From IMG/VR virus record IMGVR_UViG_3300036766_000359, positions 128,973 through 192,972 of that record: DNA of 64,000 nt. One strand, written 5' to 3'. The position numbers and the translations under genes were made by a program. This DNA comes from a virus. The notes under the pieces are model-generated. The model saw nothing but the letters and a program-made list of their open reading frames with translations. It did no database searches and had not been told where the DNA came from. The first letter of the stretch is position 1, and each line of letters opens with the position of its first letter. Shown piece by piece: positions 1-9,282 of the stretch.

Positions 1-837
1 ATATACTTTTGAAACGGGCCCGCCGCCGCGTAGTACGAATGAATATTTTCGACGTTCGAATACCCCCCTGTAAACTATGCATGCGCTTTCGTACCCCAGA
101 GGGGTTTATCAATAGATGTACTCCCCTATCATACCCTCCCCTATATAGGGGATAGGGTATAGTATAAGGGGATTCCCCCTCCCCATCCCCTTATACCCCT
201 GGTGCCGTGGTATTTCCGGGCCGGGGTCCCGTCCGGATTTCCGGCTTCGTAAGTCCGGGACCGGCTTTCCGGGTCGTCGGACGGACGGACCGGCTCGAAG
301 GCCGTTCCGGCGAAGAAGCGCCTCCGAAGCGCCTCCGAAGCGCCGCGTTTGTTGTACTTGACGGGTCGGGCGATTTCCACCCGACCCGTCAAGTTCGTAG
401 ATTTTAAGAGTGGTCCCGTACCACCTTTTTGCCTTCGCGCCGGATTGCCCGGTTCAGGCGACGTCTCGCGATCTTCGCACACTGTGCGACTTGAGACCGA
501 CGACCATCGCGCCGATTTGCGCCTTTCATAAAGTTGGCTTCACTCAACTTGCCTGCCAATCCAGCCATCGGACCTCCATGTTGGTTGCTCTCTCACCCAC
601 GTCTACTGCAGCAAGTGCGCGATCTTCTGGAATCTCACACAGGGTTTGCACCCTGGCATATACTATCGTGATGACTATGATAGTCTACTGCAGCAAGTGC
701 GCGATCTTCTGGAATTCCACGCACGTGGTGTGCAGGATCCACCCGACCAGCAGGGTGGGCGGCAATGCGCAAATCAAATTCAACATGCTGGAACCTCCAC
801 CCCACGTACGCGAGCAGCGCGACGATCTCCGCTTTGC

Positions 838-862
838 GGAAGTCCCCGGCAAAACGCAGTAC
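838..862 (+). promoter_or_regulatory. GNARRY-N14-NGTAC promoter-like motif (first of three tandem copies: 838, 900, 986)
   Basis: GGAAGT-N14-AGTAC; same spacing recurs ~30 times upstream of ORFs. Confidence 0.7.
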
Positions 863-882
863 CACTGTGTGGAGGGGGCCAG

Positions 883-898
883 TGTTTCACGTGAAACA
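883..898. promoter_or_regulatory. parS: parS site (perfect consensus palindrome)
   Basis: TGTTTCACGTGAAACA is the canonical bacterial ParB-binding consensus; extends to an 18-bp palindrome 882-899. Confidence 0.8.
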
Positions 899-985
899 CG
901 TAGATCCGTCGTTCGCCAGAGTACCACTATGTGGAGGGGGCCAGTATCTCGCGTCAGATAACCCGCGAGGCGCTGCTGGCGAGTC

Positions 986-1010
986 GGAAATTGTCTGCCA
1001 CACGCAGTAC
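986..1010 (+). promoter_or_regulatory. promoter-like motif upstream of paralog A1
   Basis: GGAAAT-N14-AGTAC, 68 nt before ATG 1078. Confidence 0.7.
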
Positions 1011-1077
1011 CGGTGGTGTGGCGGATGGCAGGCAGGCTGGACGTCACGATTCCCCAACCAACACACAGGAGCCGCAA

Positions 1078-1533
1078 ATGACCAATCTCTACCCGTTCGT
1101 GACCAAGAATCAGATCAAGACCCGTCTCACCGAGTCGCCCGCCTTCCGCTGCGAAGCCATGGCCATCCTGCACACGCTGCAGACCGAGTTCGAGCAGGGG
1201 ACCCGCTCGACCCGCGACAAGAACCGCCAGGGCTTCATGAGCAGCCACGCCGTCAACGGGAGCCGGGTCGCGGAGAAGATCAAGTCGGGTGCCGAGCTGA
1301 CCGCCGAGGATTGGGAGCACATCGACCGCATCGCTCCCCGCTACACGCGTCAGCTGGCCCTGGTGCTCCGAGCACGCCAGCTCGTCGAGCAGCCCGAGTT
1401 GGCGGCAGTCGCCAAGCTCTTCAGCGCGGACGTCTCGGGTGCCTCCACGGCAGACGTGCCTCCGACCGACAGCCAAGCCGTGGAGCACGAGCTTTCCATC
1501 GCAGACATGGACGCAGCCGCCGAGCTCAACTGA
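1078..1533 (+). CDS. uncharacterised phage protein, paralog A1 (LQT..EQ..T..KN.QGF...RY.RQL family)
   Basis: RBS AGGAG before ATG; strong similarity to 3826 and 8640 ORFs; followed by hairpin. Confidence 0.8.
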   Translation: MTNLYPFVTKNQIKTRLTESPAFRCEAMAILHTLQTEFEQGTRSTRDKNRQGFMSSHAVNGSRVAEKIKSGAELTAEDWEHIDRIAPRYTRQLALVLRARQLVEQPELAAVAKLFSADVSGASTADVPPTDSQAVEHELSIADMDAAAELN

Positions 1534-1554
1534 GCCTCCTCTGACCGGACACCA

Positions 1555-1580
1555 GCCCCGACCCTTCACTGGGTCGGGGC
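1555..1580 (+). terminator. GC-rich hairpin after A1
   Basis: GCCCCGACCC-ttcact-GGGTCGGGGC; no U-tract. Confidence 0.6.
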
Positions 1581-1605
1581 ATTGCCGTTGAAAGCGGGTG
1601 AAGCG

Positions 1606-1848
1606 ATGGAAATCGACATCGACTTGAAGAAGGGAATCGACTGGCGTGCGTGGCTTCCATATTGGAAGAACTTCACGCAGGAAGAGCAAGACCTCCTCGA
1701 CTTTGTGTCCAAGGTGTTGTTGGAACCTGTGGGCTTCGACAAGTACGAAAAGTACGTGAACATGGTGCGCACGGCGTACAAAGAGAACATGATCACGAAG
1801 AGCGAGTACAGCGCGTTGAGCAATCTGTACAAAGTTGTCAACCCGTGA
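1606..1848 (+). CDS. hypothetical protein
   Basis: ORF in co-oriented run; codon pattern like neighbours. Confidence 0.55.
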   Translation: MEIDIDLKKGIDWRAWLPYWKNFTQEEQDLLDFVSKVLLEPVGFDKYEKYVNMVRTAYKENMITKSEYSALSNLYKVVNP

Positions 1849-1902
1849 GGGTTCTGCTGTCTCTGTTGACTGACTATCTCACGTTTTTCGCTTATCTGGT
1901 AT

Positions 1903-2076
1903 ATGCAACACGAAATACTCATAGACCGTGTTCTTGCTCTTCTGGCATACATGTCAGAACGGGAAGCTGTCGAACACCTGGTTGAGTCGGGTGTCGATTT
2001 TGGCGAGGCTTTCCTCGCAGCTCGAGCAGCCGATGTTCTCACACGGGTATACCCGATAGTTCGACCGAACCCCTGA
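1903..2076 (+). CDS. hypothetical protein (57 aa, MQHEILIDRV...)
   Basis: hand-translated, fills gap between co-oriented ORFs. Confidence 0.5.
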   Translation: MQHEILIDRVLALLAYMSEREAVEHLVESGVDFGEAFLAARAADVLTRVYPIVRPNP

Positions 2077-2090
2077 CATGGAGGTGCCGA

Positions 2091-2273
2091 ATGGTACGGA
2101 AAGATCATGAAGTGACGGTGTATCACCGTGGGCGAAAACTATCCGAAGAGTACAAGACCTACGTCACCGCTACGACCGACGAATGGTTCGATGAAGGTGA
2201 AGTTTGGTCTTTTTCTGGTCATCGGGTGACCAGGAAGGCATCGCACGACTTCTGGACCAAGGCTGGGTCGTAG
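2091..2273 (+). CDS. hypothetical protein
   Basis: GGAGG RBS before ATG. Confidence 0.55.
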   Translation: MVRKDHEVTVYHRGRKLSEEYKTYVTATTDEWFDEGEVWSFSGHRVTRKASHDFWTKAGS

Positions 2274-2318
2274 ATACCTGGTAGGCACCTGTCGATTGTA
2301 TGCTAGATATTCGAGTGT

Positions 2319-2389
2319 AGAAGGCAGGGAGTCTGTAGGTGCTCCCCTGCCTGGGTGCTCCAGCATCTTGGGCTCCTTGCCTTCTGTAC
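2319..2389. repeat. structured intergenic element, copy 1
   Basis: AGAAGGCAGGGAGT...CCCCTGCCTGGG...TTGCCTTCTGTAC; second copy at 4637-4712. Confidence 0.6.
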
Positions 2390-2445
2390 TGCGAACTAGC
2401 AGCAAATTCAGCCCACCCAGCCGTATTGTCGGCGCGAGGTTTCCA

Positions 2446-2661
2446 ATGTGGCACTCATATCAAGTGATAATGACTGATATCGTTGATATCGATCACTACA
2501 AGGGTGCGAAACCACCCCCCGGTAGGTATCGCGTCATGGGTATCACATATCAGCCACAATCCGCATATGGAGAAGTCCAAATAGCCTCCAATCTCTCGCA
2601 CGATGAGGCGAGCCGACTCGCTGCAAATTTGATAGAGATAGACAGGGTGATGCAGTCATGA
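2446..2661 (+). CDS. hypothetical protein with C-terminal tag (IDRVMQS)
   Basis: ORF, ATGA overlap with next gene. Confidence 0.6.
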   Translation: MWHSYQVIMTDIVDIDHYKGAKPPPGRYRVMGITYQPQSAYGEVQIASNLSHDEASRLAANLIEIDRVMQS

Positions 2662-2888
2662 AAGCTGATGATGGAATACACCTTCAGATCAAGAAACTCC
2701 AGAAGCCAGTTCCATGGTGCCAAACGTGGGTAGATGACAAAGGCAAAACCCATGTTCTTACTGAGATGCTTAGCCTCGATGGCGCGTTTGAATTTGCCGA
2801 ATTGGACCAGCTTCCAAGTGGTCGATCCTGGTGCGAAGCCTGCTTGGTCGCTTACGAGCGCATCCACGGGTCAAAAGCAAAACTCTGA
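2658..2888 (+). CDS. hypothetical protein with CxxC
   Basis: ATGA-coupled ORF; WCEAC. Confidence 0.5.
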   Translation: MKADDGIHLQIKKLQKPVPWCQTWVDDKGKTHVLTEMLSLDGAFEFAELDQLPSGRSWCEACLVAYERIHGSKAKL

Positions 2889-3001
2889 GGTATACTATAT
2901 ACTCAGCTCAATACTATCATAATTTTGGCTCGCCCAGTCGAAAATTCGTAAATTGTTGAAGAAATCGTGTCGCCATTTCTCGTCGTCGATGACTAAGATA
3001 T

Positions 3002-3145
3002 TCACGACCACTCCCGGAGTTGGCGAGCGTCCTTGGGACGCCGTGCACGTCGGTCGCGCATCACACCGCCTTTACGCTTGGACATGAGCATACCGAGCAT
3101 CAGTGTGTTGCGTGGGACAGCTCGCTTCTTTGTCTTCTTGGTCAT
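3002..3145 (-). CDS. 47-aa highly basic peptide, copy 1
   Basis: MTKKTKKRAVPRNTLMLGMLMSKRKGGVMRDRRARRPKDARQLREWS; promoter motif at 3153-3177; paralog at 12626-12769. Confidence 0.7.
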   Translation of the reverse strand: MTKKTKKRAVPRNTLMLGMLMSKRKGGVMRDRRARRPKDARQLREWS

Positions 3146-3660
3146 GTTGGTTGTACTTCGTTGATTCACCAATCTGCGCGACTGACCAACACATTCTGGT
3201 TCCCGCCCCTCACTCGCGTGAGGGGCGGGACCGTTCGTCAGCCGATCAGAAGGACGAGATCAGTCCGTCACCGAAGTGAAGGGGAGACGGCTCCTCGCCC
3301 TCGGACTCATCCGGCAGCATGTTGACGTACGGTGCGGTGGTTTGCACGTCGTCGTCGCACGGTCCGCATCGAACGTTGAAACGATTCAGATTCTCGAATT
3401 CGCCAAGGTCAAAGTGGTTCATCTTGTTTCCTCCATCCGCCCATACGTGGTGAGATCGATAACTTCCGGCCCGCTTGAGCTTTTTAGATAAGTTATCGCA
3501 AAGCTCCGCGATCTTCTTTTGTCGTAGATTTCTAAAAAAGTGCAGTACCGCAAAGTGGAGGGGGCCAGTGCCTTGCAAAGGCTTCGTAAATCCGTCGTTT
3601 TGCTGAGTACCACAAAGTGGAGGGGGCCAGTGCCCTTTCGCAAGGCACCATTGCCAGTTC

Positions 3661-3685
3661 GGAGATCGGTTGCGTCGACGCGTAC
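3661..3685 (+). promoter_or_regulatory. promoter-like motif (third of tandem copies 3524, 3586, 3661)
   Basis: GGAGAT-N14-CGTAC. Confidence 0.7.
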
Positions 3686-3825
3686 GGGTGGTGTGAGGCG
3701 GGACGGGACGCGAGGCAATGATGCAGCGCAAAACGGTCCGCAGATCACGGCCCTCCGGCAGTACGGAGGGTGGGAGGCGAGGCGGGCAGGCCGAGTTTCT
3801 CACAACCCAACCACAGGAGCACATC

Positions 3826-4182
3826 ATGGCAAATCTCTATCCCTTCGTCACCAAGTCTCAGATCAAGGCGCGTCTCGACGAGTCCCCCGCATACCGCTGC
3901 GAAGCGATGCTGATCCTCTACGCCTTGCAGACGGCGTACGAGCAGGACACGCGCAGCACCCGCGACAAGAATCGTCAGGGCTTCATGTCCTCGCACGCCG
4001 TCAACGGATCGCGGGTGGCCTTGAAGATCAAGTCGGGCGAGGAACTCTCCCCCGAAGACTGGGAACACGTCAGCCGCATTGCTCCGCGCTACACCCGCCA
4101 ACTGGCGGTCTACTTCAGGGCGCAGATGCTCCTGGAACAACCCGAGCTGCAGGCAGTCGCCAAGCTCTTCAGCGCGGGCTGA
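3826..4182 (+). CDS. uncharacterised phage protein, paralog A2
   Basis: AGGAG RBS; similar to A1 and A3. Confidence 0.8.
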   Translation: MANLYPFVTKSQIKARLDESPAYRCEAMLILYALQTAYEQDTRSTRDKNRQGFMSSHAVNGSRVALKIKSGEELSPEDWEHVSRIAPRYTRQLAVYFRAQMLLEQPELQAVAKLFSAG

Positions 4183-4195
4183 GCGCAGGGCACCC

Positions 4196-4221
4196 GGCCC
4201 CCGTCCGAAAGGGCGGGGGCC
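4196..4221 (+). terminator. GC-rich hairpin after A2
   Basis: GGCCCCCGTCC-GAAA-GGGCGGGGGCC. Confidence 0.6.
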
Positions 4222-4240
4222 TTCCCTTTAGGGAGGGCTC

Positions 4241-4459
4241 GTGATGTTTGTTTGCACTGAGTGCTCGAAAAACTTAAAAAACAAAGAGCGCGTGTTTAGC
4301 GGCACCAATTGGTGCCGTGCGTGCGTGCATGCAGAGTCCCAACGGTCAATACGTGAGGATTCCGTGCAGGGGGCTGCTATTTGGTTCCGAAGCCGCCCTG
4401 CCAGGTACATGCTTCAACCGGAGCAGTACGAGGTTTTTGGATACAAGAAAAAAGTGTAA
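4241..4459 (+). CDS. small Zn-finger-like protein
   Basis: CTEC...WCRAC; GGAGG RBS. Confidence 0.55.
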   Translation: MMFVCTECSKNLKNKERVFSGTNWCRACVHAESQRSIREDSVQGAAIWFRSRPARYMLQPEQYEVFGYKKKV

Positions 4460-4636
4460 TCTCACAACCACCGAGGGAAAATGTGTAAGAAATGCAAATG
4501 CTGTGGTGAGCAAATTAGTGCTGATGCACTGATTTGTAGGCACTGTAAACGTGTACCGTGACGAGGCACAATGTTTGATGAGTGCCATATATTTTATCCA
4601 AGCATGGCAGATGCTTGGACAAATCGAGTTCTACAT

Positions 4637-4712
4637 AGAAGGCAGGGAGTCCCGGTTGACTTACCCCTGCCTGGGATGCTCCTAAAGGTCCAGGGCTTCT
4701 TGCCTTCTGTAC
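4637..4712. repeat. structured intergenic element, copy 2
   Basis: same stem sequences as 2319-2389 with different loops. Confidence 0.6.
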
Positions 4713-4764
4713 AGAACTCACTGATCAATATACGACAAGTGTATGGCAGTAAATCGGTCGGTAT

Positions 4765-4956
4765 GTGGCGTATGTCCACGGCAAAAACCGGAGTTTTATG
4801 AAGAAAATGATTCGAGACGTTTGGCTCGTGCTCACATCTCGTGTGATGGTTATTCCGTACTGCAACATCGTCAGTGTGCAGGTCACGCAGTCCTATTCCG
4901 ACAGTGGGAACGAGGTTCGGTCTTACGTCGAAGTTGTCGGCACCGTTTATCATTAG
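4765..4956 (+). CDS. hypothetical protein
   Basis: ORF track. Confidence 0.4.
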   Translation: MAYVHGKNRSFMKKMIRDVWLVLTSRVMVIPYCNIVSVQVTQSYSDSGNEVRSYVEVVGTVYH

Positions 4957-5169
4957 ACTCGGCAGTCGCTGTAGCTCACATCGCCGTGACTAATTCGCCG
5001 TGACCGTTCGTGTTCGTTCCGTTGTCGTCTGTTGTCGTCACCGGCTCGTGGTCGTCCTCGGCTCGTGGTCGTCCTCGTGGCCCGCGTTTTACGTTTACGA
5101 CGATATATGCCAGGGTTCATCATGAACCCTGGCATACTTTCTTGGTGAGTCAACTCACGCTCAGAGCGG

Positions 5170-5439
5170 CTAGTCGTTAATGACCGTGATAGTGGTCCCA
5201 TCAGCCGAAGCGAATTTGACTGCACCATTCTCGGAACACGAGTAGCGGAATTCTTTCGAAATTTCCCGGTCGCGACGAACGAAAAAACCGGAAACGAAAA
5301 TCTCTGATTTCGTCGCCACGTTGCACGTCATTTGATGATGACCGAAGTCAGAGCGCTCAACAATCCCTTCCTTGCATGTCTCGTCCCAAGTGAAGAAGCT
5401 GTGGTCGTGAAAGATCATTGATTTCGGTTCTGTCTTCAT
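5170..5439 (-). CDS. hypothetical protein
   Basis: promoter motif at 5461-5485 (-) and GGAGG RBS. Confidence 0.6.
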   Translation of the reverse strand: MKTEPKSMIFHDHSFFTWDETCKEGIVERSDFGHHQMTCNVATKSEIFVSGFFVRRDREISKEFRYSCSENGAVKFASADGTTITVIND

Positions 5440-5504
5440 TGTTCTTGCCTCCACAAATTCGTACGGCTACGACTGCGCAGTCTACAGTTCCGTTGTCGGA
5501 ACTG

Positions 5505-5915
5505 TCACTTCCAGCCGTTCCTTGTGTGTTTCATTACCCTCATCCCAGAAGACCCAGCACAGTCACGTGCGTCTCTCTCTGTGTTAAAGAATAGCATGGG
5601 AGAGAACCGACTTCCGACGAAGTCTCCCATTGCCCACGTTCCCACTCGAGGGTACGCAGTTTGTCCGGGTGGCAGGCTGATGAGCCCGCCGCAATCTTCA
5701 TCTTCGTCACCCGCGACGGCGGGCATCGGGTCTGGTGCCTGCGCCTCCGGGTACGGGACGTCCTCTTCTACCTGCGGCAGCGATGGCGGAGGTGGAAGCG
5801 AGTTCAGGTTTATGAACCGGGCGGTTGAACGCGGTGGGACGTCGGACGTCGGCCTCGCGTCAGAGAACTTCAAACACGCAGGCAATACGATCACTAGAAT
5901 GAGCAACTTCATCAT
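5505..5915 (-). CDS. putative lipoprotein/membrane protein
   Basis: N-terminus MMKLLILVIVLPAC resembles a lipobox; promoter motif 5922-5946 (-). Confidence 0.45.
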   Translation of the reverse strand: MMKLLILVIVLPACLKFSDARPTSDVPPRSTARFINLNSLPPPPSLPQVEEDVPYPEAQAPDPMPAVAGDEDEDCGGLISLPPGQTAYPRVGTWAMGDFVGSRFSPMLFFNTERDARDCAGSSGMRVMKHTRNGWK

Positions 5916-6079
5916 TCGCACGTACGGAGCAAAAGTTCGCATTTCCGCTCCGTACATCCTTCAAACAAGAAGGCAAAACCACATGATGATGTAGAAGACA
6001 TGATAAAGCCGCGAGGGCGAAACCCATGCACTTCCTTGTGCATGTCCGAGAACATCGACTTCAATGATTCCAATTTCAT
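5912..6079 (-). CDS. hypothetical protein (SDMHKEVHGFRPR)
   Basis: promoter motif 6100-6124 (-), GGAGG RBS. Confidence 0.55.
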   Translation of the reverse strand: MKLESLKSMFSDMHKEVHGFRPRGFIMSSTSSCGFAFLFEGCTERKCELLLRTCE

Positions 6080-6160
6080 CTTGCTGCCTCCACCCACCCG
6101 TACGTGTTGCGGATTCAAGTTTCCGTCGCTGCTTCAGCGTTCATAAGGGAGCCAACCGAT

Positions 6161-6379
6161 TCAATACTCAAACCATGAATTGATCTTCTGGAACACGTTC
6201 TCCGCCTCGGTCTCGCGTGCCTGCTTTGCGCCGAACATCACCAAGCAGATCTGCTGCGCACGATCCATTTCGAGTCCAAAATCCCTCGGAGCCGGTTCGA
6301 CCACCAACCCCTGAATGAATGCGCCGACCTGCAATTCGAAAAGAGCTTCACAAACTTCCTCACTTGCCTTGATCTTCAT
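6161..6379 (-). CDS. hypothetical protein
   Basis: promoter motif 6398-6422 (-), GGAGG RBS. Confidence 0.6.
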   Translation of the reverse strand: MKIKASEEVCEALFELQVGAFIQGLVVEPAPRDFGLEMDRAQQICLVMFGAKQARETEAENVFQKINSWFEY

Positions 6380-6418
6380 GTGCTGCCTCCACCACTCGTA
6401 CGCGGCGGAGGCTCGGAC

Positions 6419-6625
6419 TTACCACTTCTTCATGTGTGTTTTCAGTTGGATAACACAAGACACGAGGATAAATGCCGCCAGAGGCACTGTCCAATTACCA
6501 GATACCCAGTTATCCGACGTCCACTTGACGTAAGCTTCACGACCTACATAGTCTTGTGCAAGACTCTGAACCATTGCTGCGGTGACTACACCGCAGAGAA
6601 ACTCGGATCTCAACATCTTCTTCAT
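6419..6625 (-). CDS. small protein with hydrophobic segments
   Basis: ORF track; adjacent to 6627 stop. Confidence 0.45.
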   Translation of the reverse strand: MKKMLRSEFLCGVVTAAMVQSLAQDYVGREAYVKWTSDNWVSGNWTVPLAAFILVSCVIQLKTHMKKW

Positions 6626-6626
6626 T

Positions 6627-7439
6627 TCATGACTCCATTATCTTCTGCACTTGGGCTACTTTCTGTGATTCTTCGAAGTCTTCGCGGCGCACGAACATGA
6701 GAGAGGACTTGTTTCGTTTCAAAAACTTGACTAGATCATCAAGATCATCAGGATCAATTGACATGCATTCGAGCATGGTATCCGGATTAACGTCGAGCAA
6801 GCCTGGCGTTTTAGACAAAAAATCCCGCAACTTCTCGCGAAATTTTAACGCTTCTTTGTTCGTGTTTATCCCGGAAAACTGACCCACAATCTGATCGGCG
6901 TCAAGCAACGATTTTTGCCAAGCTGCCTTCCATTCTTTGTCGAGATAGTCAAGTCGTTCTGACAACTGCTCATTGAACACACCAGAAATACCTGAGTCGT
7001 CTGGGGTTAGACTTGAACTACTAACCCCATCAAGCATGTATGAAATACCGTATGATGAGAAAGATAAATAGAGTTGTTGCGGATGTTGCGGATGTGTATG
7101 CGTCCATCGGTAGAAAAATTTTTCTCCTCTCACTTTGAAAAATTTTTCCTCCCAACTGATTTTTCCGTCCAGAACGACGTGTAGACGATTTACTGTGGTG
7201 ATCAGGTTTTGAGAATAGGGAGAGCAAACCTTCAACACACGGGGAGGGCTGATTTTCAGTTTGGAGTTGATAAGAAAGTGCCACGACTGAAGAGTCGCCT
7301 GCCTCATTTTCTTAATATACTCTTGCTGAAGAGCTGCCTGATTGAGCTTTGTTCTGCGATTGTCGGGAGTACACGACTTCTTGAAGGCATCGCTGTCCCG
7401 AAGCTTGTCGATTGCGTCTTCGACGAGTTTATAATCCAT
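6627..7439 (-). CDS. hypothetical protein with C-terminal tag (VQKIMES)
   Basis: long ORF. Confidence 0.7.
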   Translation of the reverse strand: MDYKLVEDAIDKLRDSDAFKKSCTPDNRRTKLNQAALQQEYIKKMRQATLQSWHFLINSKLKISPPRVLKVCSPYSQNLITTVNRLHVVLDGKISWEEKFFKVRGEKFFYRWTHTHPQHPQQLYLSFSSYGISYMLDGVSSSSLTPDDSGISGVFNEQLSERLDYLDKEWKAAWQKSLLDADQIVGQFSGINTNKEALKFREKLRDFLSKTPGLLDVNPDTMLECMSIDPDDLDDLVKFLKRNKSSLMFVRREDFEESQKVAQVQKIMES

Positions 7440-7441
7440 CG

Positions 7442-7780
7442 CTACCGCGCATCGTAAACCGCCGAGTACCAGCAAGTGCACTGTTCGGCGTACAGCCCAA
7501 GTTGTTCCAGGCGGGTGTTCATCCGGTCGAACGCTCCGTATTGCTCGTAATCGAGGTTGAAGTATCGCGCCTGGTCGCCACCATCGTGGACCACGATCAA
7601 CACGGCTCCCTGGCCGTAGTCCTCACCACGGTCCGACCACTCCTCGGGCGTGTAGAAAGCCTTCCCGCCACCACCCGATGGGTTGGCAAGCTCGGCTGTC
7701 ATCAAGGCCACGATCGCTTCCGCCGCTTGCTGACCCTGTGCATTCAGGTTGTTCGGAATGTTGAAGTCTTGGTTGTCCAT
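7442..7780 (-). CDS. hypothetical phage protein
   Basis: GGAG RBS; GC3-rich codons. Confidence 0.65.
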   Translation of the reverse strand: MDNQDFNIPNNLNAQGQQAAEAIVALMTAELANPSGGGGKAFYTPEEWSDRGEDYGQGAVLIVVHDGGDQARYFNLDYEQYGAFDRMNTRLEQLGLYAEQCTCWYSAVYDAR

Positions 7781-8143
7781 GTTGTTACAAGCTCCGGGAA
7801 ACTCTAGTGGGCCACAGTGCCTGGACGTTCGCTACCACTTGGTCCAATCGCGCAAGTTCGTCGGCCTCACGCTTGGCTCGGGCAGGGGTCGTGTAGTGTT
7901 GCCACGATCCCGTCGAACAGTGGCACTCCCAAACCCCGTTTGTTTGGCCCTGTGCGCACCAACGCTTGCCCTCACGGGTGGGAAGAGGTTGGACACGGTA
8001 TCCCATGATCAGGCCACCCTGGCTTCCGCCGCACTCTTGCCTTGTTCGCTCAACTCGACTGGAATGTTGAAATCGTTCATATTCATTGCCTCCGCTATCT
8101 GTACGATCGCAGAACAGGAATTTACACCTCCGCCGGAGGTGCT

Positions 8144-8422
8144 TTAAAGTTTTACCAGGTCCCGTACTCTGTTCAAGAATATCAAAGTGTCCATGTAGCT
8201 ACACTCGTTGGGCAAGTTTTCTTGAATGTGGGATCGCGCCGAGACCACCACCCCGAGTTTTTCAGAGTACGCCAAGTCGTACCCGCGTTTGGTCAACTCA
8301 GGTTCAATTTTTTCCAGGATGGTGAGGACGGTGATGATATGCCGCCGAGCATTGGTGTACCCGCGCTGTATCAGCTCAGGTTCAATTTTTTCCAGAATAT
8401 CGGTAGCATGCGCGTTCATCAA
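8144..8422 (-). CDS. hypothetical protein with internal duplication (ILEKIEPEL..RGY x2)
   Basis: tandem repeat visible in protein and DNA. Confidence 0.55.
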   Translation of the reverse strand: MMNAHATDILEKIEPELIQRGYTNARRHIITVLTILEKIEPELTKRGYDLAYSEKLGVVVSARSHIQENLPNECSYMDTLIFLNRVRDLVKL

Positions 8423-8639
8423 TTTCTCCTGACATTGGCGGTTGTCCCGCCAGAGCGCCCATCGATAATACGCGTGACACTCGCTGATCTGCGCTTTGTT
8501 GGGATACCTTCAAAAGCCATACAACTGCACGGGGGACTCAAGACGGTCCGTAGATTCTCGTGCCGACAGCGTATCTGTGGATGTGAGACGGACTGGCAGC
8601 AGGCAGGCGCAGTCCACAACCCCTCACACGGAGCACATC

Positions 8640-8999
8640 ATGGCAGCCAATCTCTACCCGTTCGTCACCAAGTCGTCCCTCAAAATTCGCCTCAACAGCG
8701 ACCCCACCTTCCGTCTCGAAGCGATGGTCATCCTGTACGCCCTCCAGACCGGTTGGGAGCAGGACACGAGTTCGACCAAAGACAAGAATCGTCAGGGATT
8801 CATGTCCTCTCACGCGGTGAACGGCTCGCGGGTGGCTCGCAAGATCTTGTGGAACGAGGAGCTTTCCCCCGAAGACGAGGCTCACGTGGCAGGCATCGCT
8901 CCCCGCTACACGCGTCAGCTCGCCGTCTACTTCAGGGCGAAGGCCATCGCAGAGCAGCCCGAGTTGGCGGAGATCGCCACTCTTTTCAGCGCAGGCTGA
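8640..8999 (+). CDS. uncharacterised phage protein, paralog A3
   Basis: GGAG RBS; promoter motif 8550-8574; similar to A1/A2. Confidence 0.8.
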   Translation: MAANLYPFVTKSSLKIRLNSDPTFRLEAMVILYALQTGWEQDTSSTKDKNRQGFMSSHAVNGSRVARKILWNEELSPEDEAHVAGIAPRYTRQLAVYFRAKAIAEQPELAEIATLFSAG

Positions 9000-9018
9000 T
9001 CTCACCTCGGACACGACG

Positions 9019-9052
9019 GAGCCCCGGACCTCTCGAAAGAGGTCCGGGGCTC
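9019..9052 (+). terminator. GC-rich hairpin after A3
   Basis: GAGCCCCGGACCTCT-cgaa-AGAGGTCCGGGGCTC, 15-bp perfect stem. Confidence 0.65.
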
Positions 9053-9060
9053 ATCTATAT

Positions 9061-9282
9061 TCAAATACCGAAAATCTTTTGAAGACGATTTGTTAATTCT
9101 TCTTCAAAAGTCCCTTTAAAAGCACGTTCGGCGCAATGGTCTTCGCAATCCATGCCGAAGTGCTTAGAAGTCACTGTGATTGGCTTTAAACAATATTCAC
9201 AAAAGACATCAACGTGAAGACCAGTCGAATCTTCTCTAATAGACACACCTTTAGGGATCTTCTTTGCGGGTTTCTTTGGCAA
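9061..9282 (-). CDS. hypothetical protein with CxxC
   Basis: FCEYC; co-oriented run. Confidence 0.5.
   Translation of the reverse strand: MPKKPAKKIPKGVSIREDSTGLHVDVFCEYCLKPITVTSKHFGMDCEDHCAERAFKGTFEEELTNRLQKIFGI

Noticed and set aside
685-1689. 334-aa and other long ORFs antisense or out of frame to GC-rich genes (also 30431-31174, 18011-18703, 18790-19509, 14411-14896)
   Set aside because: Shadow ORFs from GC3-rich codons of real genes on the other strand or frame; no RBS or motifs.
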